Shown here in pieces: positions 17,667-27,277 of a stretch of 64,000 nt of DNA; within the stretch, counting starts at the first letter, position 1; each line of letters starts with the position of its first letter. The translations under genes were made by a program, and so were the position numbers. Under the pieces are notes generated by a model that saw nothing but the letters and a program-made list of their open reading frames with translations, made no database searches and was not told the origin of the DNA. Source of the stretch: Candidatus Aldehydirespirator sp. (GTDB lineage Bacteria; Actinomycetota; Acidimicrobiia; Acidimicrobiales; Aldehydirespiratoraceae); assembly GCA_965221215.1 (NCBI GenBank), contig OZ244872.1:3288862-3352861 (forward strand), read 5' to 3'.

Positions 17667-17762
17667 CCTCCCGGCCCGTGCGGCGGGCGAGTCCTCCCCT
17701 CCGCTGCCGACCCCTGCTTATCCTGTCTGATTGACGGGCGCCCGCCCCGTCGGATCGGTGCG

Positions 17763-20363
17763 ATGTCCATGGCCAATGCCCTAGTAATCGTTGAGTCGCC
17801 TGCCAAGGCGAAGACGATCTCCGGCTATCTGGGCGACGGCTACGTGGTGGAGTCGTCCATCGGCCACATCCGCGACCTGCCCAGCCGGGCGGCCGAGGTG
17901 CCCAAGGCCTACAAGTCCGAGCCGTGGGCCCGCCTCGGGATCGACGTGGACAACGGGTTCAAGCCGCTGTACGTGGTCAACGGCGACAAGCGCCAGCAGG
18001 TCCGCAAGCTCAAAGACCTATTGGCCGGCGCCGACGAGCTCTACCTGGCCACCGACGAGGACCGCGAGGGCGAGGCCATCGCCTGGCACCTGCTGGAGGT
18101 CCTGAATCCTCGGGTGCCGGTGAAGCGCATGGTCTTCCACGAGATCACCAGGCCTGCCATCGCGGCTGCGGTCGCCTCCCCCCGCGAGCTCGACCGGCGC
18201 CTGGTGGACGCCCAGGAGGCCCGGCGGATGCTCGACCGGCTCTACGGCTACGAGGTGTCGCCCGTGCTGTGGAAGAAGGTCATGCCGCAGCTGTCGGCGG
18301 GGCGGGTGCAGAGCGTGGCGGTGCGCATCGTGGTGGAGCGCGAGCGCGAGCGGATGGACTTCGTGAGCGCCGGCTTCTGGGGGCTCACCGGCAGCTTCGC
18401 CGCCGCCGAGGGCACGTCTGCCTTCGGCGCCGACCTGGTCCAGCTCGACGGGACGCGGGTGGCCACGGCACGCGACTTTGGCCCCGACGGCCGCCCCGCC
18501 CGAGACGATGTGGTCGTGCTCGACGAGGCCGCGGCCACATCGCTCGCCGCGGACTTGGAGGAGGTGGCCTTCACCGTGCGGGCCCGCACCTCCAAGCCGT
18601 ACCGGCGCCGGCCGGCTGCGCCGTTCATCACCTCGACCCTCCAGCAGGAGGCGGCCCGCAAGCTTCACATGACCTCCGCCGCGACCATGCGCACCGCCCA
18701 GTCGCTGTATGAGAAGGGCTACATCACATACATGCGCACCGACAGCACGTCGCTGTCGTCGGCCGCGGTGGCCGCGGCCCGGTCCGAGATCGCCCACCGC
18801 TACGGAGCGGACCGGCTGCCGTCCGAGCCGAGGGTGTACGCCGGCAAGGTGAAGAACGCCCAGGAGGCCCACGAGGCCATCCGGCCGGCGGGCGACGCCT
18901 TCACCGACCCCGCCAGGGTGGCCGGCGAGCTGCCCCGCAGCGAGGCCCGGCTCTATGAGCTTGTGTGGCAGCGGACGCTGGCCAGCCAGATGACCGACTG
19001 CACCGGCGAGACGGTGCAGCTTCGGGTGGGCGCCCTCAGCGCGGCGGGCCGCGATGCCGAGTTCTCGGCCAGCGGCACGGTGATCGGCCACCTGGGGTTC
19101 CGCGAGGTCTACACCGAGGGCACCGACACCCCCGACGCCGGCGAGGCCGACGACGAGCGCCGCCTGCCGCCGCTGAACGAGGGCGACGAGGCCCGCTGCG
19201 AGGAATTGGAGGCCAACGGGCGCAACACGCAGCCCCCGGCCCGCTACACCGAGGCGTCGCTGATCCGGCGCCTGGAGCAGCTCGGCGTGGGCCGGCCCTC
19301 CACCTACTCGTCGATCATGGGGACCATCACCGACCGGGGCTACGTCTGGAAGAAGGGCTCGGCGCTGGTGCCGTCGTTCACCGCCTTCTCGGTGGTCAAC
19401 CTGCTGGAGCGCCACTTCCCGAAGCTGGTCGACTATGCCTTCACCGCCGAGATGGAGGACGATCTCGACCGGATCGCGGCCGGTGCCCAGGAGCAGGTTC
19501 CGTGGCTGCGGCGGTTCTATTTCGGCGGCGACGACGATCCGGGCCTCAAGGAGAAGGTGTCGAGCCGCCTCGGCGACATCGACGCCCGGCGGATCAACTC
19601 GATCCCGCTGGGCACCGACGACGAGGGCGTCGAGCTGGAGGTGCGGGTCGGTCGCTACGGGCCGACCGTGCAGCGGGGCGACGACTCGGCCTCTGTGCCC
19701 GACGGCACCGCTCCCGACGAGCTCACCGGCGAGCGGGTGCTGGAGCTCTTGGCCGCCGGGCGCAACGGGCGCGAGCTCGGCGCCGATCCGGCCACCGGGC
19801 TGACCGTGGTGGCCAAGTCGGGCCGGTTCGGACCCTACGTGCAGCTCGGGCTGGCCGAGGAGGTGCCCGACAAGCCGAAGTTCGCGTCGCTGTTCAAGAC
19901 CATGGCGCTCGACACCGTCACCCTGGAGCAGGCGCTGCTGTTGCTGTCGCTGCCCCGCACGGTCGGCGCCGACCCCGCCGACGGAATGGAGATCACGGTG
20001 CAGAACGGCCGCTACGGCCCGTTCGTGCGCAAGGGCTCAGAGAGCCGCAGTCTGGCCGGCGAGGAGCAGCTGTTCACCGTCACCCTCGACGAGTGCCTCG
20101 CACTGCTGGCCCAGCCGGCCAGACGGGGCCGGGCCGCTGCGGCTGCGCCGCTGCGGGAGCTGGGGGAGGATCCCGACACCGGTCGGGCCGTGGTGTTGCG
20201 CGACGGCCGCTACGGCCACTACGTCACCGACGGCGAGACCAACGCGTCGCTGCGCACGGGTGACACCGTGGAGGGGTTGACCCTGGAGCGCGCCTGCGAG
20301 CTGCTGGCCGACAGACGGGCCAAGGGCCCGGCCAAGAAGCGCCCCCGCCGCAAGCGAAGCTGA
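17763..20363 (+). CDS. topA: DNA topoisomerase I
   Basis: 866 aa. Toprim LVIVESPAKAKTI, active-site region GYITYMRTDS, and a repeated Lys/Arg-rich C-terminal domain as in actinobacterial TopA. Confidence 0.97.
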   Translation: MSMANALVIVESPAKAKTISGYLGDGYVVESSIGHIRDLPSRAAEVPKAYKSEPWARLGIDVDNGFKPLYVVNGDKRQQVRKLKDLLAGADELYLATDEDREGEAIAWHLLEVLNPRVPVKRMVFHEITRPAIAAAVASPRELDRRLVDAQEARRMLDRLYGYEVSPVLWKKVMPQLSAGRVQSVAVRIVVERERERMDFVSAGFWGLTGSFAAAEGTSAFGADLVQLDGTRVATARDFGPDGRPARDDVVVLDEAAATSLAADLEEVAFTVRARTSKPYRRRPAAPFITSTLQQEAARKLHMTSAATMRTAQSLYEKGYITYMRTDSTSLSSAAVAAARSEIAHRYGADRLPSEPRVYAGKVKNAQEAHEAIRPAGDAFTDPARVAGELPRSEARLYELVWQRTLASQMTDCTGETVQLRVGALSAAGRDAEFSASGTVIGHLGFREVYTEGTDTPDAGEADDERRLPPLNEGDEARCEELEANGRNTQPPARYTEASLIRRLEQLGVGRPSTYSSIMGTITDRGYVWKKGSALVPSFTAFSVVNLLERHFPKLVDYAFTAEMEDDLDRIAAGAQEQVPWLRRFYFGGDDDPGLKEKVSSRLGDIDARRINSIPLGTDDEGVELEVRVGRYGPTVQRGDDSASVPDGTAPDELTGERVLELLAAGRNGRELGADPATGLTVVAKSGRFGPYVQLGLAEEVPDKPKFASLFKTMALDTVTLEQALLLLSLPRTVGADPADGMEITVQNGRYGPFVRKGSESRSLAGEEQLFTVTLDECLALLAQPARRGRAAAAAPLRELGEDPDTGRAVVLRDGRYGHYVTDGETNASLRTGDTVEGLTLERACELLADRRAKGPAKKRPRRKRS

Positions 20364-20382
20364 CCCAGTGGCGGTCTCTCAA

Positions 20383-20416
20383 CTATTCGCTCGGCCTCTG
20401 GGCCGGGCGGGGCAGG
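20383..20416 (+). repeat. partial copy (3' part) of the intergenic repeat family
   Basis: CTATTCGCTCGGCCTCTGGGCCGGGCGGGG matches the 3' end of copies B and C. It encodes the last residues and stop of holB on the other strand. Confidence 0.6.
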
Positions 20417-21504
20417 TCGAGCAGCAGGGCTTGAAGGGCGAGGGACTCGTTCGGTGAGCGGATCAGGCTCTCCGCGGTGGCTCGCAGCCGGTCTATGGCC
20501 CGTCCGGCTGCCGCGGCCTGTCGGGCCGCGGCCGGGTCGTCGTCGGGCGATGAGGCGATCTGGTCGCGGTAGCGCGCGGTGAGGGTGGCCAGGCCGAAGC
20601 GGATCTCGTCGGTGCGGAACTGGCGGTGCTCGCGCTTGTGCTGGGCCTCGATGGCGGCCCGGCCCGACCCCCGAACCCCGAACTGCTCCTCCCGCTGCTC
20701 CAGCGCGGTGGCCTCGGCCCGGTGACGGTCACCGACGGCGCCGGCTGCGTCGTCGATCATGGTCCGCAACTCGGCGGTGAGCTGTGCCACCGCGGCCCCG
20801 GTTCCGTCGAGGCGGTCGGGCACGCTCCACCAGGCCTCGCGGCGGGCCGCCACCCGCTCGTCGGTGGCCAGCACCCGGGCCCGGTGCAGGTTGCCCGCCG
20901 CCGCTTCGGCCGCCAGAGCGGCCCGCTCGGCGCCAACCAGACCCTCGGACAGGAGCACGGCCGCGATCTCGTCGGCAGCCACGGGACCGAAGTCCACCCG
21001 GGTGCAGCGCGACGCGATGGTGACGTGCTCGGGCAGCACCTGCTCGGCCAGCAGCACCCACACGATCGGCTCAGCCGGCTCCTCCACCGGCTTGAGCAGC
21101 GCCGCCGCCGCGGCCGGAGTGGCGGTGTGGAACCGGTCGACGACCAGCACCTTGCGGCTGCCCTCCACCGGCGTGCGGCTCGCCTCGACGATGAGCTGGG
21201 ACACCTCCTCGGCGATGCGCAGGCTGTTGCCGGCCGGGCTCAGCACGAACACGTCGGGGTGCTCTTCGCGTTGTGCCAGCCGGCGGTGCCGCCCGGCCCG
21301 GTCGGGTTGCCCGTCGGCGGCCACCAGCAACTCGCCCGCGAAGGCGGCCGCCGCGGCCCGCTTGCCGGCGCCCCGCGGCCCCACCAGCAGATAGGCGTGC
21401 ATAGGCGCGGCCGCCGCCGCGGCCAGCGCGGCCACCGCGGTCGGCTGTCCCACAACCGCCGACCACGGATCGTCCAAATCCGCATCCGCGTCGCAGCGAT
21501 TCAT
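20383..21504 (-). CDS. holB: DNA polymerase III subunit delta'
   Basis: 373 aa. HAYLLVGPRGAGKRAAA is a degenerate AAA+ Walker A; also VLVVDRFH and SRCTRVDF. Synteny with tmk and topA. Confidence 0.85.
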   Translation of the reverse strand: MNRCDADADLDDPWSAVVGQPTAVAALAAAAAAPMHAYLLVGPRGAGKRAAAAAFAGELLVAADGQPDRAGRHRRLAQREEHPDVFVLSPAGNSLRIAEEVSQLIVEASRTPVEGSRKVLVVDRFHTATPAAAAALLKPVEEPAEPIVWVLLAEQVLPEHVTIASRCTRVDFGPVAADEIAAVLLSEGLVGAERAALAAEAAAGNLHRARVLATDERVAARREAWWSVPDRLDGTGAAVAQLTAELRTMIDDAAGAVGDRHRAEATALEQREEQFGVRGSGRAAIEAQHKREHRQFRTDEIRFGLATLTARYRDQIASSPDDDPAAARQAAAAGRAIDRLRATAESLIRSPNESLALQALLLDLPRPAQRPSE

Positions 21505-22202
21505 TCCCGCTCTTGTTCGCTTCGCTCGCTGGCCGCCCGAACCCCAGCGACACAGCCCACGGCCTCGCCCGTATGGGCCGGACTCGCTCGCTCACCCGCT
21601 CGGCCTCTGAGACGATCTCGCACCGCGGCCAGCACTCGGGCCGACACCTCGTCCGCCGGAGCTTCGGCGTCGACCACCGCCCAGCGGGCCGGGTCGGCCT
21701 CGGCCAGGGCCAGGTAGCCGCCCCGGACTCGTTCGAGGAAGTCGCGGCCCGCGCCCTCGAAGCGGTCCACCGACGACCCCAGCCGCTCCACCGCCACCTC
21801 GGCACTCACGTCGAGCAGCAAGTTCAGGTCGGGCTCGATCCCAGAGGTGGCGAAGCGCATCATCGCCGCAAGCTCCGCCAGGTCGAGGCCGCGTCCGTAG
21901 CCCTGGTAGGCCAGCGTCGAGGCGGTGAAGCGGTCCGACACCACGTCTCGTCCCGAGCGCAGGGCCGGGCCCACGATCTCGGCCACATGCTGGGCCTTGT
22001 CGGCGATGATCAGCAGGGCCTCGGCCCGGTCGTCCAGCGAATCGTTGGCCGGATCGAGCAGGACCCCCCTGACGACCTGGCCCACGCCGGTGGCTCCGAA
22101 CTGGAACGTTAGCTCCGCCCCCAGCGAATCGGCCAGCAGCCGAGCCTGGGTGGACTTGCCCGAGGCGTCCACCCCCTCAACCGCGACCAGCCGCCCGGTC
22201 AT
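21501..22202 (-). CDS. tmk: thymidylate kinase
   Basis: MTGRLVAVEGVDASGKSTQ is the P-loop; also DRFTASTLAYQG. ATG 22202 overlaps the MFS stop. The track ORF N-terminus is over-extended. Confidence 0.9.
   Translation of the reverse strand: MTGRLVAVEGVDASGKSTQARLLADSLGAELTFQFGATGVGQVVRGVLLDPANDSLDDRAEALLIIADKAQHVAEIVGPALRSGRDVVSDRFTASTLAYQGYGRGLDLAELAAMMRFATSGIEPDLNLLLDVSAEVAVERLGSSVDRFEGAGRDFLERVRGGYLALAEADPARWAVVDAEAPADEVSARVLAAVRDRLRGRAGERASPAHTGEAVGCVAGVRAASERSEQERE
21505..21608 (+). repeat. intergenic-type repeat copy A (about 100 nt), embedded in the tmk 3' tail immediately upstream of holB
   Basis: The 58-nt core CACAGCCCACGGCCTCGCCCGTATGGGCCGGACTCGCTCGCTCACCCGCTCGGCCTCT (21551-21608) plus about 45 nt upstream aligns with 37464-37558. 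Confidence 0.75.
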
Positions 22203-23650
22203 GACGCCGGATCCAGGCTCTCGGAAGCCGCGGTGGATGCGTCGCGGGCGCCGGAGCGCAGGCTCCAAGTGGCCAGCGCGCCCGCCACCACGATGATCAG
22301 CCCGGCCAGCCACATCGTCAGGCGCACGCCGGGCAGCTCCACCCGGGCCCCCAGCACCGACACCGACCCGTCCCACCAGCGCTGCGACAGGCCGTCGAGC
22401 AGGTCGGCCAGCACGCCGCCCACCGCCAGCGCGATCAGCACACACAGCCGCACCAGCACCAGCAGGGCCGAGAACACCCGGCCCCGGACCTCGTTGTCCA
22501 CATTCTCATGCAACAGGGTGAAGCCGAGCACATACGACGGCCCGGCCAGCATCCCCAGCAGCACCACCAGCGGGATCATCAGCGACAGCCGGTCCACCGA
22601 AGCGGCCGCCAGAAGCACCGTGCCCGCGCCGATCAGCGCCGAGGTGAAGCCGCGGGTGCGGTTGATGCGGTTCTGCAGCGCCGAGGCCGACCCGACGCCG
22701 ACGGCCATGCCCACCCCGAGCGAGAACAGCACGGCGTGGAAGTCGGCCTCGCGCCCCACGATCACCTCGTCCACGAACCGGGCCCCCAGCAGGAACACCA
22801 TGCCCGCACCCATGACCGCGGTGGCCAGCCCCACGTTCACCGACCGCACGATCGGGTTCTTGCCCACCAGCCGCCAGCCCTCGCGCAGCTCGCGGATGGC
22901 GCCGCCGAGATCGAGGCTGCCCCGCTTGCCGGCCCGACGCTCGTCGCGGCTGCGGGTCGGGATGGCGATGCGCCAGATGATCAGCGCGGTGACCAGGAAC
23001 GACAGCCCGTCCACGTAGAAGGCCAGGCCCTCCTCGTTGAGCCGCAGGGTGGTCACCCAGCCCTCGTCCGACATCGCCTCGGCCGCTTTGGCCAGCAGCG
23101 CGGCCAGGCCGGCGGCCACCGGGAACATGCCGTAGGCGGCGGCCACGTTGAGCGAGTTGGCCGCGGTGAGCTTGTCGCGGGGCACGAGGTTGGGGACCGT
23201 GGCCTCCTTGGCCGGCTGCCACATCATGGTGAGCAGCTCGAGCAGGACGCTGGCGATCACCAGCCCGACCAGGGTGTCGACGAACGGCAGCGACACCAGC
23301 ACCGCGGCCCGGCCCAGATCGCAGGCCACCATCACCCGCTTGCGGTTGAGCCGGTCGACGATCACGCCCACCGCGGTGGCCAAGAAGAAGCCGGGCGCCA
23401 CTCGGGTGGCCAGCACGATGGCGATGGCGGTGCTGCGCGATCCTTCTGGGGCGAGCTGGTCGGCCAGCGCGATGGTGGCGAACAGGCCGAGCCAGTCTCC
23501 GGTGGCCGACACCACCTGGGCGATCCACAGCCGGAAGAAGTCCCGGGTGCCGAAAATCCGCTCCAGGCGGCCCGCGGGCCGGGCAGCCTCGAACGCCTCG
23601 TCGAGCCGGAGGCCGGCGGAGGTGCGCGGGTTCGCCTCGTCCACGGCCAC
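22199..23650 (-). CDS. MFS transporter
   Basis: 483 aa with about 12 TM segments. FFRLWIAQVVSATGDWLGLFA is MFS_3/EntS-like. Confidence 0.85.
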   Translation of the reverse strand: MAVDEANPRTSAGLRLDEAFEAARPAGRLERIFGTRDFFRLWIAQVVSATGDWLGLFATIALADQLAPEGSRSTAIAIVLATRVAPGFFLATAVGVIVDRLNRKRVMVACDLGRAAVLVSLPFVDTLVGLVIASVLLELLTMMWQPAKEATVPNLVPRDKLTAANSLNVAAAYGMFPVAAGLAALLAKAAEAMSDEGWVTTLRLNEEGLAFYVDGLSFLVTALIIWRIAIPTRSRDERRAGKRGSLDLGGAIRELREGWRLVGKNPIVRSVNVGLATAVMGAGMVFLLGARFVDEVIVGREADFHAVLFSLGVGMAVGVGSASALQNRINRTRGFTSALIGAGTVLLAAASVDRLSLMIPLVVLLGMLAGPSYVLGFTLLHENVDNEVRGRVFSALLVLVRLCVLIALAVGGVLADLLDGLSQRWWDGSVSVLGARVELPGVRLTMWLAGLIIVVAGALATWSLRSGARDASTAASESLDPAS

Positions 23651-23730
23651 GAGGCTACGGCAGCCACGGTCGCCGCGATGAGTCTTCGGCGTCCGCCCCG
23701 TCGGGTGAGCGATAGTCTTGGCGGGCGCAG

Positions 23731-23803
23731 GCCCGAATAGCTCAGCCGGTAGAGCGACGCTCTCGTAAAGCGTAGGTCAGGGGTTCAAATCCCCTTTCGG
23801 GCT
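23731..23803 (+). tRNA. tRNA-Thr (anticodon CGT)
   Basis: Manual cloverleaf: acceptor GCCCGAA/TTCGGGC, D arm GCTC-AGCCGGTA-GAGC, anticodon arm ACGCT-CTCGTAA-AGCGT, T arm AGGGG-TTCAAAT-CCCCT. Confidence 0.9.
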
Positions 23804-23817
23804 CCCATGACACCTTC

Positions 23818-24012
23818 ATGGCCGAGCCATCTACACTGCGGCTCCATGATCCTCGTTGGACCGGCGCACAGGGGGCGGCGATGATCGTTGCGGGCGTGGT
23901 ATGGCACTTCTGGATCGCCGTGCCGCTCGCCGTGGTCGCCATCGTGTCGATAGTGGCGACCATCGCCGGCTACCTCCAGAAGGTCACCTACAAGCGGTAC
24001 CCGAGGGACTGA
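23818..24012 (+). CDS. possible small membrane protein (64 aa)
   Basis: Track ORF with hydrophobic segments (MIVAGVVWHFWIAVPLAVVAIVSIVATIAGY). It ends 8 nt before the next gene. No clear RBS. Confidence 0.35.
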   Translation: MAEPSTLRLHDPRWTGAQGAAMIVAGVVWHFWIAVPLAVVAIVSIVATIAGYLQKVTYKRYPRD

Positions 24013-24020
24013 GCCCCCGC

Positions 24021-25172
24021 ATGGGAACCTGCGCCGAGGGTCCCGCCGATCTTGACGACCCCATCGACCTTGACGACTCCGTCGACCCTGACGGTTCTGC
24101 CGACGCTTATGACCCCATCGACTGGGAGCTGGCCCGGCGGGTGGCGCTGCGCACCGCCCGGCGCGAGCCCTACGCCGCGCCGCAATGGCGCCACGGTCTG
24201 GCCGAGGACTTCGCCGGCTGCACCGAGCGGGCCGAGGCGCTGGTGGCCGACTGCACCGGCCTGCGGTCGCGGTCGGGACCGGCCCGGGGCCGGGTCACCG
24301 ACCGGGTCGGCTGGATCGACGCCAATCTGGCCTCGTTCCAGCGTCTGCTGAGGCCCCTGGCGGCCAAGCTCGGCAGCGACTCCGAGTCGAGGCTGGCCCC
24401 GATCACCCGGCGGGCGGCCGGCGCCGAACTGGGCGTCATGCTGGGCTGGATGTCCACCCGGGTGCTGGGCCAGTACGACCTGCTCGTCATCGAGGACGAC
24501 AAGCCCGAGGACCAGGACATCGTCTACTACGTGGCCCCCAACGTGCTGGCGCTGGAGAACCGGTACGCCTTCGACCCCGCGCAGTTCCGGCTCTGGCTGG
24601 CGATCCACGAGGTGACCCACCGGGCCCAGTTCACCGGCGTGGAGTGGATGCGGCCCCACTTCATCGGCCTGGTCGAGGCGGTGCTCGACTCGGTGGATCC
24701 CGACCCGAAGCGGATCGCGGCCGCCGCCCGGCGGGTGGTGGAGGCCCGCCGCCGGGGCGAGGACCCGCTGGCCGCCGGGGGCCTGATGGCCCTGTTCGCC
24801 TCGGAGGCGCAGGTTGAGACCCTGGAGCAGCTGTCGGGGCTGATGAGCCTGCTCGAGGGCCACGGCGATGTGACCATGGACCGCGCCGGCGAGGGGCTGG
24901 TCCCCTCCGCCCCCCGGTTCGGGCGGGTCATGCGCAGGCGCCGGGAGTCGGTGCGGGGCTTCGCCAAGGTCTTCCAGCGGCTGATCGGCCTCGACGCCAA
25001 GATCAAGCAGTACGCCGAGGGCGAGCACTTCATCGAGTCGGTTGAGGCGGCGGGGGGCGCCGCCCTGCTCGACCGGGTGTGGGAGGCCCCCGAGAACCTC
25101 CCGGGAATCGCCGAGATCCGCAGCCCCCAAGACTGGGTGACCCGCATGGGCAAGGTCGCCGCCGCGGCGTGA
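24021..25172 (+). CDS. zinc-dependent metalloprotease (DUF2342 / F420-biosynthesis-associated hydrolase family)
   Basis: HEXXH motif in WLAIHEVTHRAQF. Its position upstream of tilS matches other actinobacteria. ATG 24021 chosen inside the longer track ORF. Confidence 0.75.
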   Translation: MGTCAEGPADLDDPIDLDDSVDPDGSADAYDPIDWELARRVALRTARREPYAAPQWRHGLAEDFAGCTERAEALVADCTGLRSRSGPARGRVTDRVGWIDANLASFQRLLRPLAAKLGSDSESRLAPITRRAAGAELGVMLGWMSTRVLGQYDLLVIEDDKPEDQDIVYYVAPNVLALENRYAFDPAQFRLWLAIHEVTHRAQFTGVEWMRPHFIGLVEAVLDSVDPDPKRIAAAARRVVEARRRGEDPLAAGGLMALFASEAQVETLEQLSGLMSLLEGHGDVTMDRAGEGLVPSAPRFGRVMRRRRESVRGFAKVFQRLIGLDAKIKQYAEGEHFIESVEAAGGAALLDRVWEAPENLPGIAEIRSPQDWVTRMGKVAAAA

Positions 25173-26065
25173 GTGGGGCGGCGTCGGGCGTCTGCGTCGA
25201 TTCGCTGCTGGCTCGCTGCACCTTCCCCGCGGCCGGCTCGGCGGTGGCCTGCGGGCTGTCGGGCGGCCCCGACTCGGCCGCGCTGGTCGCCCTGGCCCGC
25301 GCCGCCGGGCTGGAGGTGACCGTCTGGCATGTGAACCACGGCCTGCGCCCTTCGGCCGACGCTGACGCCGAAGCGGCTCGAGCCATCGCGGCCCGTCTCG
25401 AGGCGGGCTTCGAGGTGCGCCGGGTGCGGGTCGATCCCGGCCCCAACCTGGAGGCGAGGGCGCGCTCCGCCCGCTACGAGGCCCTGCCCGACGACGTGCT
25501 GGTGGGCCACACCGCCGATGACCGGGCCGAGACCGTGCTGTTCAACATCGGCCGGGGCTCAGGCCTGGCCGGCGCAGCGGCCCCCCACGCCGGGGTCGGC
25601 CGCCCCCTGCTGGGCCTGCGCCGCTACGAGACCCGCGCCCTGTGCGAGCAACTCGGCCTGGCCACCGCCCACGACCCCATGAACGACGACCCGTCCTTCG
25701 CCCGGGTGGCCATACGCAATGAGGTGATGCCCGCACTGGCCCGAGCGCTGGACCGAGACCCCGTGCCGCTGCTCAATCGCCACGCCGATCTGGCCGCCGA
25801 GGCACTGGAGGTGATCGCGGCGCTGGCCTCCGAGCTAGACCCCGCCAGCACCGCCGCCCTGGTGGCCGCGCCGAGGGCGGTGGCCTCCGAAGCCCTGCGC
25901 ACCTGGACCGCCGAGGCCACAGGCACTGTCCCCACAGCCGCCTCCATCGACCGCGTGCTCGAAGTGGCCGCTGGCCGCAGCATCGCCACCGAGATCACCG
26001 GAGGCCACCGAGTAGCCCGCACCGCCGGCCGCCTCCGCATAGAACCCCACCCAACCAGACTCTGA
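25169..26065 (+). CDS. tilS: tRNA(Ile)-lysidine synthase
   Basis: PP-loop VACGLSGGPDSAAL. GTG 25169 overlaps the upstream stop (GTGA). Confidence 0.85.
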   Translation: MSGAASGVCVDSLLARCTFPAAGSAVACGLSGGPDSAALVALARAAGLEVTVWHVNHGLRPSADADAEAARAIAARLEAGFEVRRVRVDPGPNLEARARSARYEALPDDVLVGHTADDRAETVLFNIGRGSGLAGAAAPHAGVGRPLLGLRRYETRALCEQLGLATAHDPMNDDPSFARVAIRNEVMPALARALDRDPVPLLNRHADLAAEALEVIAALASELDPASTAALVAAPRAVASEALRTWTAEATGTVPTAASIDRVLEVAAGRSIATEITGGHRVARTAGRLRIEPHPTRL

Positions 26066-26127
26066 CCACAGACCCGATTCGTCCAGAGCCCCGGCGCGGG
26101 TGTATGCAGATCTGCTAACGTTAGTGC

Positions 26128-26322
26128 ATGCAGTCGACGAGTGTTCGGATTTCCGCCTCTACCCACCGGGAACTCAAGCAGCTTGCGTCGGAGTTGGGGG
26201 CAACGGTGGGCGACACCGTCGCGCTTGCGGTGCGCCGGCTGCGCCAGGAGCGGATCGGCGCCGACCTGCGGACTGAACTCAGCGAAGCCGACAAGGCATG
26301 GCTTGATGCTGACCTCGGGTGA
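26128..26322 (+). CDS. type II antitoxin (ribbon-helix-helix-like)
   Basis: 64 aa. MQSTSVRISASTHRELKQLASELG has an RHH-like beta-strand/helix start. It overlaps the toxin start by 17 nt. Confidence 0.65.
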   Translation: MQSTSVRISASTHRELKQLASELGATVGDTVALAVRRLRQERIGADLRTELSEADKAWLDADLG

Positions 26323-26647
26323 TGTCGTCACGCTCGATCTAGGCATGCCGGCGGGACGAGAAGCCGGCTTGTTCCGGCTGGCTGTCGTCGTCACTGCTCA
26401 GCGAGTGATCGACGCGGGCGCCGCCGTCGTGCATGTGGTGCCGCTGACATCTCAGCTGCGGGGGTTCGCCTCCGACGTCGAGATCAGCGCCGACTCCTCC
26501 AACGGCCTCGATCGCCGTTCGGCGGCTCAGTGCCAGCACATCCGCGCGGTCTCCACCAGCCGCGTCGAGGATCGGCTCGGCAACGTTGGCGCAGTCGTGC
26601 TGGCGCAGATCCGAGAAATCTTGGGTCTGATCCTCGATACCGTCTGA
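26306..26647 (+). CDS. mazF: MazF/PemK-family endoribonuclease toxin
   Basis: 113 aa. GDVVTLDLG..P.GREAG..RLAVVV and VVPLTSQ...SDVEI...RSAAQCQHIRAVS fit the PemK/MazF pattern. Confidence 0.75.
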   Translation: MLTSGDVVTLDLGMPAGREAGLFRLAVVVTAQRVIDAGAAVVHVVPLTSQLRGFASDVEISADSSNGLDRRSAAQCQHIRAVSTSRVEDRLGNVGAVVLAQIREILGLILDTV

Positions 26648-26698
26648 GCCGGCGGGAACGATACGGGGACGCTCAGTCAGTCCCGGTATGGTGCGGGG

Positions 26699-27277
26699 GT
26701 GGGCCTAGAGGCCGAGCAGCCAGAGGCCGAGCAGACGGTGACCCCGCCGGGGTCGGTCGGACGGGCCATCATCGGTGCCGACGAGCTGAGGGCTCGGGTG
26801 GAGGCGATCGGCGCTGAGATCACCGCCGACTATCAGGGGCGGCGCCCCCTGCTGGTGGGGGTTCTCAAGGGGGCCTTCGTGTTCATGAGCGACCTGGCCC
26901 GGGCCATCGACCTGCCGGTGGAGATCGACTTCATGGCGGTGTCGTCCTACGGGCTCAGCACGGAGTCGAGCGGCGTGGTCCGCATCATCAAGGACCTCGA
27001 CACCGATGTGCGCGACCGCCACATCGTGCTGGTGGAGGACATCGTCGACTCCGGCCTCACCACCGACTACCTGGCCGAACTGCTGCAGGCCCGCCGTCCG
27101 GCCAGTTTCGAGATGTGCGCCCTGCTCGTGCGGGAGGACGCCCGCACCGAGGGCATCCGCTACGTCGGGTTCTCGGTGCCCGCCGACTGGCTGGTGGGCT
27201 ACGGCCTAGACGTGGGGGAGCGCTACCGCGAGCTGCCCTCGGTGCATCTCTACGACCAAGAGGCGAGCGGGCCGTGA
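26699..27277 (+). CDS. hpt: hypoxanthine phosphoribosyltransferase
   Basis: Motifs LLVGVLKGAFVFMSDL and HIVLVEDIVDSGLT (PRPP-binding motif). Confidence 0.9.
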   Translation: MGLEAEQPEAEQTVTPPGSVGRAIIGADELRARVEAIGAEITADYQGRRPLLVGVLKGAFVFMSDLARAIDLPVEIDFMAVSSYGLSTESSGVVRIIKDLDTDVRDRHIVLVEDIVDSGLTTDYLAELLQARRPASFEMCALLVREDARTEGIRYVGFSVPADWLVGYGLDVGERYRELPSVHLYDQEASGP

